DNA from: an uncultured Spirochaetota bacterium
GTDB lineage: Bacteria > Spirochaetota > Brevinematia > Brevinematales > JAOACQ01
Direction of reading: 5' to 3'
Assembly (NCBI GenBank): GCA_963783575.1
Contig: CAWAOD010000015.1
Location: forward strand, 32,001-96,000
Length of the DNA stretch: 64,000 nucleotides
This document shows, piece after piece, positions 40,360-50,254 of the stretch (positions are counted from its first letter, which is position 1; each line of letters begins with the position of its first letter). The notes beneath the pieces are model-generated. The model ran no database searches. It worked only from the letters and a program-made list of their open reading frames with translations, and had not been told where the DNA came from. Made by a program: the position numbers and the translations under genes.

Positions 40360-41946
40360 ATGGCCGAACATTTCAATCCGCTGCTGGGAGCTTTGCTTCT
40401 GGAAGAAAACGTCATCGACGGCAAAATGCTTGATGAAGCTTTACTCAACCAGATTGATACAGGGAAAAAACTGGGCAGGATTCTTATTGATAAAGGTTAT
40501 ATTGATGAAGAAACATTATACAAATTCCTGGGAAAACAGATAGGGATTGAATTTAAAACAAAAATCGAGTCCGGTCCCATTCCCGGGTATTTTGAACTTA
40601 TTCCTTACGATTACTGCCTGAAAAACCGTATTGCACCATATATACTAACAACAAAAACAATCGGGATTTACATCAGCGATCCTTCAAACAGGACAATTAT
40701 AAATGAATTGTCCTTTATGACGGGCAGGACGATTGAAGCGGATTACGCGACCGAAAGCGCCGTTATGGATTACCTTAGAAAATATTCGCGGGCAAATGCC
40801 CGTAATGCCGGTAAAACGACTGAAAATGAACATCCCGAAGCGGATTATCTTTCTGAAAAGAATTCACCGGTGGTAAAATATATCGATAACACAATTACCG
40901 AAGCTATAGCTCAGAATGCTTCCGATATTCATTTCGAAATATTTGAAAATAAAGCTCTTTTAAAGTACAGGATTGACGGCAGGCTTCATAAGGCTGACGA
41001 GCCTGATAAAGATCTTTACACAGGTTTGATATCCAGGATTAAGATTATGTCCGATCTCGACATATCCGAAAGAAGGCTGCCTCAGGACGGCAAAGCGGTT
41101 TTCCGCTATGAAAACCGCCAGGTCGATATCCGGATATCCGTTATACCGACAATTTACGGTGAAAACGCTGTTTTAAGACTGCTCGATAAGGAAAAATCTA
41201 TATTATCAATCGATGACCTTGGATTATCGGAGATAATGAGCCGGGATTTGAAAAAGGAAGCCGAAAGGCCCAACGGTATGGTACTGATAACAGGGCCAAC
41301 AGGAAGCGGTAAAACCACAACGCTTTACGCGATTCTTCAATACATAAAACAATCCGGCCAGAAGATCATAACGATAGAAGATCCGGTCGAATACAGGATT
41401 GACGGTGTATCTCAGGTTCAGGCACATCCTGACATCGGGCTTACCTTTGCGGCGGGGCTCAGGGCATTTCTGCGGCATGACCCAGATATTATTATGGTCG
41501 GTGAAATCCGCGATAAAGAAACCGCTGAGATTGCAGTCCGTGCAGCTCTAACAGGCCATCTTGTTCTCTCGACGATCCATACGAACAGCACCGTAAGCAC
41601 TATAACACGCTTTATCGATATGGGCATACCGCCCTATTTAATATCATCAACAATAAATCTGATCATCGCCCAGAGGCTTGTTAGAAAAATCTGCCCCGAA
41701 TGCCGCGGCGCCGGATGCAATCATTGCAGGAACACAGGTTTTTCAGGAAGGGTAGCCCTGTTCGAGTTCCTTAAAATTTCAAAAAGCGTTAAAGAAGCGG
41801 TAAATAAGGGATCCACTCTTGCTGAGATTGAGGATACCGCGAAAAAAGAAGGATTCATCCGGCTCATAGAATACGGGCGGAAGCTGGCGGATTCGGGAAT
41901 TACAACTTTGGAAGAAATTGAAAAGACAGCCGGAACTGGAGATTAG
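40360..41946 (+). CDS. gspE: GspE/PilB assembly ATPase with MshEN-like N-terminus
   Basis: LGALLLE..LGRILID, ASDIHFE, RRLPQDG, GPTGSGKTTT, TIEDPVE, LRHDPDIIMVGEIRD, CPEC...CNHC. Confidence 0.95.
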   Translation: MAEHFNPLLGALLLEENVIDGKMLDEALLNQIDTGKKLGRILIDKGYIDEETLYKFLGKQIGIEFKTKIESGPIPGYFELIPYDYCLKNRIAPYILTTKTIGIYISDPSNRTIINELSFMTGRTIEADYATESAVMDYLRKYSRANARNAGKTTENEHPEADYLSEKNSPVVKYIDNTITEAIAQNASDIHFEIFENKALLKYRIDGRLHKADEPDKDLYTGLISRIKIMSDLDISERRLPQDGKAVFRYENRQVDIRISVIPTIYGENAVLRLLDKEKSILSIDDLGLSEIMSRDLKKEAERPNGMVLITGPTGSGKTTTLYAILQYIKQSGQKIITIEDPVEYRIDGVSQVQAHPDIGLTFAAGLRAFLRHDPDIIMVGEIRDKETAEIAVRAALTGHLVLSTIHTNSTVSTITRFIDMGIPPYLISSTINLIIAQRLVRKICPECRGAGCNHCRNTGFSGRVALFEFLKISKSVKEAVNKGSTLAEIEDTAKKEGFIRLIEYGRKLADSGITTLEEIEKTAGTGD

Positions 41947-41947
41947 T

Positions 41948-43138
41948 ATGATTTTAAATTACGAAGCTTTTACACGTAACGGTAGAAAGGTTTACGGAAC
42001 AATTCAGGCTGATAATAAAGAAGAAGCCGAAAAGAAATTGTATAAGGAAGATTTGATCCTAAACAGGATTATCCGTTCCGGGAATTTTTTCAGCGGAGCC
42101 AGGGTAAAAAACCAGGAAATTATTCATTTTACAAGGCTCCTTGCCACTGCTGTAAAAGCCCGGATTCCGCTTGTTAAATCGCTTGAGATTATTTTAGAAG
42201 AACTTTCAGCCGGAAGTACTCTTAAATATAACATTTTATCGATTATCGGCGAGCTGAAATCCGGCCGGAACTTTTCGGATGCACTTTCTATAAATAAAAA
42301 AATATTTTCCCATTTTTACATAAGTATGGTTAGAGCAGGTGAAAAATCCGGAACTCTTGATTCTTCGCTTGATTATATTTTGAAATATCTTCAAAAAAGG
42401 GAGGAAACCGGTAAAAAGGTCTCGATGGCAATGCTCTACCCGGCTTTGATATTGTCTTTTGCGTTTGTTGTCCTTGTTTTTTTTATTGCGGTTCTTATTC
42501 CGAGGTTTCAGGAAAGCTACTCGCACTTTGGAAATACGCTTCCGGATTTAACGTTAAAACTTATACAGGCTTCCGGCTGGATCAAGGATAATTTCTTTTT
42601 AATCATAATCGTTATTTCTATCATCTATTTATTATTCAGACTGGCAATTAGAACAGCCGCGGGCAAATCAATATACGACCGAATGATACTGTCAATTCCC
42701 CTGTTCGGCGGCCTGATCAGGAAAGACATCCTTTCCCGTCTTGTAAGAACGCTTTCTACCCTTCTGTCAAACGGAATAACACTCAAAGACTCCCTTGAAT
42801 TATGCGGCGGAGTTGTAAAAAATGAAGCTTTTGAAAGTTCGATAAAGAACGCCCTGTCAGACCTGACGCAGGGTAAGAGCTTCACAAAGGCTTTGAAGGA
42901 AAATAAATTATTCCCGATTATGCTTGTCCAGCTTTCGGCGATCGGCGAGGAATCGGGAAGACTCCCCGAGCTTCTCAACAACCTCTCCGATTTTTATGAA
43001 AATGAAGTAAGCATATCCGTTGAAAAACTAACATCCCTACTGACGCCAATAATGATAATAGGCATCGGCATTGTAATAGGTTTCATCGTAATTGCGCTTT
43101 TCCTGCCCATTTTCAATATTTCCGAAATGGTGAAATGA
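41948..43138 (+). CDS. gspF: GspF/PilC inner-membrane platform protein
   Basis: FTRLLAT, MVRAGEKSGTL, AMLYP, IGEESGRL, LFLPIF. Confidence 0.93.
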   Translation: MILNYEAFTRNGRKVYGTIQADNKEEAEKKLYKEDLILNRIIRSGNFFSGARVKNQEIIHFTRLLATAVKARIPLVKSLEIILEELSAGSTLKYNILSIIGELKSGRNFSDALSINKKIFSHFYISMVRAGEKSGTLDSSLDYILKYLQKREETGKKVSMAMLYPALILSFAFVVLVFFIAVLIPRFQESYSHFGNTLPDLTLKLIQASGWIKDNFFLIIIVISIIYLLFRLAIRTAAGKSIYDRMILSIPLFGGLIRKDILSRLVRTLSTLLSNGITLKDSLELCGGVVKNEAFESSIKNALSDLTQGKSFTKALKENKLFPIMLVQLSAIGEESGRLPELLNNLSDFYENEVSISVEKLTSLLTPIMIIGIGIVIGFIVIALFLPIFNISEMVK

Positions 43139-43140
43139 AG

Positions 43141-43730
43141 AATGTCCGTCGGGATAGTAAGCAAATTGCTGAAATAAAATCACAAGCATTAAAGCTCTCT
43201 TGTGACTAAATTCCCTCACCAGTTAAAACGTCATCCAAAAAGCCATGTAAAATTTTATTTTCCTTTAATTTTCCCAGTAGAATGCAAATAGAATAAAGTG
43301 AAAAATCGGTAATATACACGCAGAAAAGACAGAGAAATATCATATTTTCCTTTTTTAGAATATGCAGAAATATATTGTATCAACGAGGTACATTCAAACC
43401 ACCCCATAAATCAGTAATTGCATACTGAAGCATAACAGGATCATTCAATTTATCCTTACCGATCTGAAATGGTTTCAATATTATAATAGCTTAATTCCCT
43501 CGGTTCGCCGAAAAAGTATCCCTGAAGAAAATCAACATCAAGATTTTTTAATTCCTCTGCAAGTTCCGATGTTTCAACATATTCTGCGACAACTTTCTTG
43601 TCCGATTTTTTACAGAACTGCACTATGCTGCCGATCATATTCCTTGCATTGATATTATAAGTTACCTGTTTTATAAGCGAGCCGTCTATCTTAACAATGT
43701 CCGTCGGGATAGTAAGCAAATTGCTGAAAT
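43141..43730 (+). repeat. Exact 35-bp direct repeat (43141-43175 and 43696-43730)
   Basis: aatgtccgtcgggatagtaagcaaattgctgaaat at both positions. Confidence 0.9.
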
Positions 43731-45300
43731 TGGAATAACCGGAGCCGAAATCATCAATTGCGACAAGGCACCCGGCTTCCCGAACGGTATTTATGAAGTT
43801 CCTGCATCCCTCGATCTCAATGAGCTCATCCCTTTCCAGAATCTCGAAGATGACCTTCCCGCTGCTGTTATAAGTCTGGCATTTTTTTAAAATAAAATCC
43901 ACAAGGTTTTTAGAGAGCATATCATGGAAAGAAATATTTACTGAAATACCGGTATTCGTTAATTGTGAAACATAAAATGCCTGCTCTACCATAAAATCCG
44001 TAAGTATGCTTACCATGCCTGTCGATTCGGCGATGGAAAGATATGGAAATGGGGACTCATAAATTCCGCTGCTGTTCTGGATACGGAGAAGACTCTCATA
44101 CCAAACCGTCTTGCCGCTTTTTGAATGGACAATCGGCTGGTAAAAAGCCTTGAAAAGCTTCTCCTCGTAATTCTTAAGAAGGATTGTAAATTGTGAAATC
44201 GACGTCAGAGCCGATTGTTTAACAAACTCCTCTCCCTTGAAAATAGTAACGGGATTATGCTGTTTGATCCCTGTCTTCAAGGCCATATCGGCCAGGGATA
44301 AAAACTTATCCGCATTTGCCCTGTTGACAATTACGGCCCCCATCCTCAGATTTAAACGAAGACCTGAATTTTGAAACGGAACCGGGTCCTTCTGAAGCAA
44401 TGTCCAGAGATCAAGCAGAATTATCTCGCCCTCCTCTTCATTCTTGCCGTCAAACGGCATTAGTATCCCAAATTCAGTGCCTCTCATCCGGTATATCCTG
44501 AATCCGAAAGTATTCTTCCATTTATTTAATTGTCCTGTTAGGAACAGAAGGAAATCATCCGACAGTTCATATCCGAAAATCAATCCCAGTTCATTATAGT
44601 TCGCGATATGCACAATCGCGAAGAGAGATGTTTTATTAAGATCAATGCTGTTTTCAAGGACAAGCCGGTTTGGAAGGCCTGTAGTATCGTCATAAACGAT
44701 TTTTTTAACAAGATCGTCCATATAGGTTTCATTTTGATGCTCACCGAAATAGACAAGGACCGATGATAGAAAAAAGGCGACAACAGACATAATAAACTGA
44801 ATTTTAGTAAAATGGCCTGTAAATGACGGAAGGATATTATTATATTGAAGAATAAAGAGCAGGGATGTCATCGCTAAAAACAATGCCGCAATAATAATAC
44901 CTTTCCTGCTTCCCAGCAGTTGAAAAGCAACCATCGGCATACAAAAAAACACAAGAATATTTACCTGCCTGCCCGCAGGGAAAAACATCCCGGCTATTAC
45001 CCCTATAAAGCATAAAAAAAGCGCTAAAAAGGTCATAAATTTAATATTTTTTGTCTTAATTATCCAGATTAAGGAAGCTACAACAATAATAAACGGTAAT
45101 ATATAATGACTCGTAAACCGGAAGTTCCCGTGCAGGACATCATCAATTGCGTAAGCCAGCGGAAATAATGATGCCGTAAATAATGAAGTTACAAGCAGCC
45201 TGTATCTGTATATGGTTTGCTTTATCCCGATTTTCTGATACCATTCGGATTTCATGAAATCATAATTCTCAGGTAAAAATCTACGGATACGATCAAGCAT
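43456..45300 (-). CDS. Membrane-bound EAL phosphodiesterase with degenerate GGDEF domain
   Basis: N-terminal TMs; DDTTGLPNR; RGTEF replaces GGDEF; YQPI..ESLLR, IDDFGSGYS, KIDGS, AEYVE, QGY. Confidence 0.9.
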   Translation of the reverse strand: MLDRIRRFLPENYDFMKSEWYQKIGIKQTIYRYRLLVTSLFTASLFPLAYAIDDVLHGNFRFTSHYILPFIIVVASLIWIIKTKNIKFMTFLALFLCFIGVIAGMFFPAGRQVNILVFFCMPMVAFQLLGSRKGIIIAALFLAMTSLLFILQYNNILPSFTGHFTKIQFIMSVVAFFLSSVLVYFGEHQNETYMDDLVKKIVYDDTTGLPNRLVLENSIDLNKTSLFAIVHIANYNELGLIFGYELSDDFLLFLTGQLNKWKNTFGFRIYRMRGTEFGILMPFDGKNEEEGEIILLDLWTLLQKDPVPFQNSGLRLNLRMGAVIVNRANADKFLSLADMALKTGIKQHNPVTIFKGEEFVKQSALTSISQFTILLKNYEEKLFKAFYQPIVHSKSGKTVWYESLLRIQNSSGIYESPFPYLSIAESTGMVSILTDFMVEQAFYVSQLTNTGISVNISFHDMLSKNLVDFILKKCQTYNSSGKVIFEILERDELIEIEGCRNFINTVREAGCLVAIDDFGSGYSNFSNLLTIPTDIVKIDGSLIKQVTYNINARNMIGSIVQFCKKSDKKVVAEYVETSELAEELKNLDVDFLQGYFFGEPRELSYYNIETISDR

Positions 45301-45591
45301 AAAAACTCCACAATTCTAGATTATTGATTATAATAAAGAAAGAACAAAAAGTGAAAATTTAAACAGAGAATAAATTACAATGGCGCTGTTTTATTCTTGA
45401 AGGGTTTATTTTGATTGGTATATGGGCAGTTCGAAAATCTCATTAAAATCATTTTTTTAATAAAACGGAACCGCACTTTAGTTTTTACAAATGTATTATG
45501 GAAGAAATACAAATAAAGAAATATCCAGAGGTTTACGGTTTTTTACCTGTTCTGTATGAATTCAAAAGCCTCCGGATATTTCAATGATCAT

Positions 45592-45996
45592 CTATTCTTT
45601 TTTTAGAAGGGTAAGTTTATTATCAACAGCTGAAACCTGGGTAAGATACTGTCCATTGCGCGTTAAATAGATCGCGCCTAAACTCCCCGGGATGGCTTTT
45701 TCCCGCCATGATTTGCCGCCGTCATCCGTATAAAATACCTTCCATCCTCTTTCAGGACCTGTAAAATAGGCGATTACCATTCCATGAATATTATCGGTAA
45801 AGCAGACTGACGCAGCCGGAAAATCAAAATCATTCTCTATAACATTGGCTTTTTTGAATTCAACCCCGAGAATTTTCCATGTTTTACCGCCATCCGCCGT
45901 TTTAGCCAGTTTGCCGTTTCTGTCCAGAAGATAGCCGTCTTCAGGCGTTCTTAAGAACATAGCGTAAATCTCTTTGATTTTATTGGGATAATCCAC
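45592..45996 (-). pseudogene. N-terminally truncated BNR/YCF48-like beta-propeller fragment
   Basis: TADGGKTW and TDDGGKSW Asp-boxes; no signal peptide; in-frame stop a few codons upstream. Confidence 0.6.
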
Positions 45997-46053
45997 CTTA
46001 ACCCAATTCTGCCGGCCGGCGATTTAGTTCAAACCCCGAATGACCTGGGTTTT

Positions 46054-46878
46054 CTAATTCCAGTTTTTATTCAAAAATAATAATATATCCCTTGCTAGTA
46101 TTTCATGTCCCTTTTCGCTTGGATGCCGGCCGTCGCCAGCCCAGTAATCACGCCCTATATTGTACATATTTTTAATAAAAAAATTCATAACAGGAATTCC
46201 ATTTTTCTTTGCCAGATCCGGATAAATCATATTAAATTTAGTGAGATATTTATTGACACTGTAACAGTTAGATGGAGCGCTGTTAATCATAGGATCAAGA
46301 GTTATCCCTGCTAGAGCGATGGGCACATTTTTTTCCCGGCAGCGGCTTATAATGGTTTGAATATTTTTCTCTATATCCTCTGCAGGGAGGTGTTTAAGAT
46401 CAACGTCATTCCATCCGATTTCGAGGAAGATCAGAGCGGTTTTATCATTCAAGTAAAAATCAAGAACAGACAATACCCCTTCTGTATCTCGTCCGCTAAA
46501 TCCGGCATTTAAAGCTTCATAATTTATTCCATGATCTTTCCAATATTTGCCTATGAGGGCAGGGAAGGCGTCCTTCTCATGGACTTGTGATCCGGCAGTC
46601 CATGAATCTCCAAGAAATACAACCATAGACCGGCAGTTATTGGCGCCTTTCTCATAAAGGATGTCTCCACCATAATTTGTTTCTTCACCCAATAGCTCAG
46701 CCTTGTATGAATTGAATTCCATTTCCGTCATAACTAACCGTGTTTTGTCAATGTAATCATAATTGAAATGATACTGGAATTCATCACCGAAGGCATTAAA
46801 TGTGATTGACTCTGAAATGATAAGTCCGGCAATTGCCGGAAGCATCATTTTGAAAATCCGGGAAAGATTTCTTTTCAT
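46054..46878 (-). CDS. SGNH/GDSL hydrolase (TesA/arylesterase-like)
   Basis: Blocks GDSWT, NAGFSG, IGWND, DGRHP. Confidence 0.88.
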   Translation of the reverse strand: MKRNLSRIFKMMLPAIAGLIISESITFNAFGDEFQYHFNYDYIDKTRLVMTEMEFNSYKAELLGEETNYGGDILYEKGANNCRSMVVFLGDSWTAGSQVHEKDAFPALIGKYWKDHGINYEALNAGFSGRDTEGVLSVLDFYLNDKTALIFLEIGWNDVDLKHLPAEDIEKNIQTIISRCREKNVPIALAGITLDPMINSAPSNCYSVNKYLTKFNMIYPDLAKKNGIPVMNFFIKNMYNIGRDYWAGDGRHPSEKGHEILARDILLFLNKNWN

Positions 46879-46953
46879 AGTTTTTCTCCTACCTTAATAT
46901 AGTTTTTTTGTCTATAAACGATCCCATAAATCCTCCCAACTTATTATTCCGAA

Positions 46954-47844
46954 TTATTTTATGATTACGTTCGAAATATCCTCCAGTACATCATAACCCA
47001 TAGGAGTTTCGAATTTCACCAAAAGCCTTCTGTCTGAATCTTCAATCAGGAAAGCCAAGTTTTTTAAGAATGGTTCCATTAATTTAGCAATGAAAGGATC
47101 CGCCATTATCACATTTAATTTATTAATCTGGAATTTGCCAGGTTTAATCGATAGGGTTTCCTTAGAAATAAATCTGTAAGTAAAAGGCATAGGTTCTTTA
47201 ATAGCTTGCGGGATAATAGTGTACATATATCCGGGGCTATTGATGTCCATGAAACGCATGGAAAGAAAACCTGTTGAACTTCCATCCCAGTAAGGAAAAT
47301 TGGAGTCCACTTTTAAACGGTATTTACTCTCATTTGTCTTATCACCATTTTCTGATTTTGTAATAAATTCCACATAACCTTTATCCTGGTAAAACTGATA
47401 ATGAGAGTAGATCATGCCCCTGAATTCTTTATCGGAGTTGTCTTTAAAATCATTGACATCATATTTCATCTCAGATTCAATTAAGCAGCCTTTGGCAGGA
47501 TCGATCAAATAAAATGAAGGCCAGTCTTTGTAATTTTTCGCAAGGGCTTTACCTTTCTTTACTCTTTCAAGGGTTACCATATCCGAATAAACACGGTACA
47601 TAATTCCGCCCTTTTCGTTAGTGATCTTTTCAGTGACATAATACCAGTCCTTTTGTTTTTCGCCTTTAGCATAAAAACCATAATGTAGAAATTCTCCATT
47701 AGATATATTTATCACAGAATAAGCCTTTTTTGGAACTTTAGCAGTTTTTCCCAATAGGCCAGAACAATTGGAAATAATCACGCATAAAAGCATTATCATT
47801 ACAGGAAACCATAAATATTTATTCATATTTAACTCCTCTCTCAT
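46954..47844 (-). CDS. Hypothetical exported protein or lipoprotein
   Basis: Hydrophobic N-terminus ending ISNC; no recognised catalytic motif. Confidence 0.65.
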   Translation of the reverse strand: MREELNMNKYLWFPVMIMLLCVIISNCSGLLGKTAKVPKKAYSVINISNGEFLHYGFYAKGEKQKDWYYVTEKITNEKGGIMYRVYSDMVTLERVKKGKALAKNYKDWPSFYLIDPAKGCLIESEMKYDVNDFKDNSDKEFRGMIYSHYQFYQDKGYVEFITKSENGDKTNESKYRLKVDSNFPYWDGSSTGFLSMRFMDINSPGYMYTIIPQAIKEPMPFTYRFISKETLSIKPGKFQINKLNVIMADPFIAKLMEPFLKNLAFLIEDSDRRLLVKFETPMGYDVLEDISNVIIK

Positions 47845-48085
47845 TTATTTAATCGTTTGATCATTGATTTTACTTTCCAAACAATGTCATAATTTTCTTT
47901 TTCCTCCGGCTGATGAAATGTTTGTTCATGCATTTCGAGTTCTTGTTCTATAACTAAAGGTAATTTTTTACGCATATGCTCCACTAGATGATTCTTCAAA
48001 GTAATTAATGAATGCCTCGGCTTTTCAGCTATTTCTCCGGCCAACTCAAGCGCCTTTGCAAATACTTCTTCCCTGGGAAAATCTG
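47841..48085 (-). pseudogene. C-terminal remnant of a PksI-like enoyl-CoA hydratase/decarboxylase
   Basis: FPREEVFAKALELAGEIAEKPRHSLITLKNHL...LPLVIEQELEMHEQTFHQPE resembles the PksI C-terminus; N-terminal part absent. Confidence 0.7.
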
Positions 48086-48317
48086 CTTGATACCCTGGAT
48101 AAGACGCGATACCCGGGATGATATTTAAAACCGATTGTAAATTCTTCTTTCATATTTTATTATGATATATTTCCGTATTTTTTCAATAGTCTATTCGGCT
48201 CATTTAATCAATTTTATAGGATTTCCCCCATCAATTATCAAATTATAAAATTATTTTGCCTAAAACATTTATAATGATTATAATTTATCAGAAAATCGAT
48301 TGAAGGAACAGTAGTAT

Positions 48318-49199
48318 ATGGAACAACCCATTCTTGAAGTAAAAAATCTTGTTAAATATTACGGTAAAATCAAGGCTGTTGATGGAGTAAGTTTTTCGGT
48401 CAAAGAAGGGAATTGTTTCGGACTTCTTGGCCCAAACGGCGCCGGTAAGACGACAACAATCGAAATTATAGAGTCCATCCAAAATCCTGATTCGGGTGAT
48501 GTGTTTTATAAGGGTGAAAAAATCAACCATTCATTTAAAGAAAAAATCGGCATTCAGTTCCAGAATACCTCCCTTCAGGAGTTTCTCACCGTCCGTGAAA
48601 CCCTTGTTCTATTCTCAAGGCTTTATCCGAAACACAAACCTCTTGAGGAAATCATACGGGTTTGTTCTCTTGACGATATAATAAACCGTGATAATCGAAA
48701 GCTTTCCGGGGGGCAGCGGCAGAGAATGCTTTTAGGAATTGCCCTGATAAACGACCCCGACCTTCTGTTCCTTGATGAACCGACTACTGGCCTTGATCCC
48801 CAAGCTCGCCGGAATTTCTGGAGCTTGATCGAAAATATAAAAAAAGAAAAAAAAACAATATTTCTGACAACGCATTATATGGATGAAGCCGAATTTCTTT
48901 GCGATGAAGTAGCCATTATGAATCATGGAAAGGTTATTGAAAAGGGCAACCCGAACGACCTGCTGAAGAAGCATTTCGGTGAAGCTATTATTAAAATTCC
49001 CGAGGGATCCCTTTTACAAAAATCAGAGCTTGCCTGTCCGTATGATTTCGATAAAGGCTTTGCAAGAATTCAATGTGATAATATGGATGCAACAATTAAG
49101 GAATTGATGGGCAAAGGAATATCTCTAAACGGCCTGAGCGTAGAGAGAAGGAACCTGGATGACCTTTTTTTGAAGCTCACCGGAACGCTTCTGGATTAA
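48318..49199 (+). CDS. ABC-2 type exporter ATP-binding protein
   Basis: GPNGAGKTT, LSGGQRQR, FLDEPTTGLD, TTHYM. Confidence 0.95.
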   Translation: MEQPILEVKNLVKYYGKIKAVDGVSFSVKEGNCFGLLGPNGAGKTTTIEIIESIQNPDSGDVFYKGEKINHSFKEKIGIQFQNTSLQEFLTVRETLVLFSRLYPKHKPLEEIIRVCSLDDIINRDNRKLSGGQRQRMLLGIALINDPDLLFLDEPTTGLDPQARRNFWSLIENIKKEKKTIFLTTHYMDEAEFLCDEVAIMNHGKVIEKGNPNDLLKKHFGEAIIKIPEGSLLQKSELACPYDFDKGFARIQCDNMDATIKELMGKGISLNGLSVERRNLDDLFLKLTGTLLD

Positions 49200-49261
49200 A
49201 AAAATATTTCCATTATAAAATGGACACACTTTATAAAGAGACCGGAGGGATTAAAATACAT

Positions 49262-50251
49262 ATGAAAAAGTTTTTAGCGGTTTTTATAGCAAGGAATCTT
49301 GAGTTTTTCCGGGACAGGGGCACTTTTTTCTGGAATTTATTCCTGCCTTTTTTCCTGATTTTCGGTTTTGCTTTCGCTTTCAACGGGACAACCGCAAGTT
49401 ATAAAATCGGAACAATCGGCAAAGCGGAGCCTAAAATTGATTTCCTCAGCTACAAATACCTCCAGTTTGTTCCTTATGACGATATAAATTCAGCTATCAA
49501 GAAATTGACCCATCACCAGATCGATATGATAATTGATTTCAAGACCGGCGATTATTATATTAATAAAGAATCCCCCGGCGGATATATCGTAGAAAAGATG
49601 CTTTTATCGGACCCCGCCCAGAAACTCCGCAAGCAAACCGTAACCGGAGAGATCATCCGATATGTCGACTGGTTCGTTCCTGGTATACTTGGAATGAATA
49701 TAATGTTCGGATGCCTTGTAGGTGTGGGATATGTGATTGTACGGTACAGAAATAACGGGGTTTTAAAACGTTTTAAAGCCACCCCTCTCCACGCCTTTGA
49801 GTTTATATTTGCGCAAATGTTGTCGCGCTTTTTCATTATAGCGTTTATGACTGTAGTGATTTATACCGGCACTGATCTTTTTTTCCATATAAAAATGAAC
49901 GGATCATACTTAGACCTCATCATTGTAACATCCATCGCTATTATCTGTATGATAGCCCTGGGGCTTCTGTTCTCCTCACGTATGAAAAGCGAGGAGCTTG
50001 CCGGGGGTTTAATGAACTTTATAATATGGCCTATGATGATTCTTTCCGGCATCTGGTTCTCCCTTGAAGGAACCCCGAAGGTCATGCAGGACATTTCAAG
50101 AATTTTCCCGCTTACTCATTTCATTGAAGCATCCAGAAAGATTATGCTTGACGGTGCCGGGCTTTTAGGGGTTATGGACAATATAATTCCGCTGGTTATC
50201 ATGACAATTGTTTTTCTTGGAATTTCAGCATTGATTTTCAAATGGGAATAA
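49262..50251 (+). CDS. ABC-2 type exporter permease
   Basis: RNLEFFRD, YVDWFVPGILGMNIMF, VLKRFKATPL, FPLTH; start MKKF preferred. Confidence 0.9.
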   Translation: MKKFLAVFIARNLEFFRDRGTFFWNLFLPFFLIFGFAFAFNGTTASYKIGTIGKAEPKIDFLSYKYLQFVPYDDINSAIKKLTHHQIDMIIDFKTGDYYINKESPGGYIVEKMLLSDPAQKLRKQTVTGEIIRYVDWFVPGILGMNIMFGCLVGVGYVIVRYRNNGVLKRFKATPLHAFEFIFAQMLSRFFIIAFMTVVIYTGTDLFFHIKMNGSYLDLIIVTSIAIICMIALGLLFSSRMKSEELAGGLMNFIIWPMMILSGIWFSLEGTPKVMQDISRIFPLTHFIEASRKIMLDGAGLLGVMDNIIPLVIMTIVFLGISALIFKWE

Positions 50252-50254
50252 ATT

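Noticed and set aside
43141..43175. Self-targeting CRISPR spacer
   Set aside because: No flanking direct repeats or cas genes
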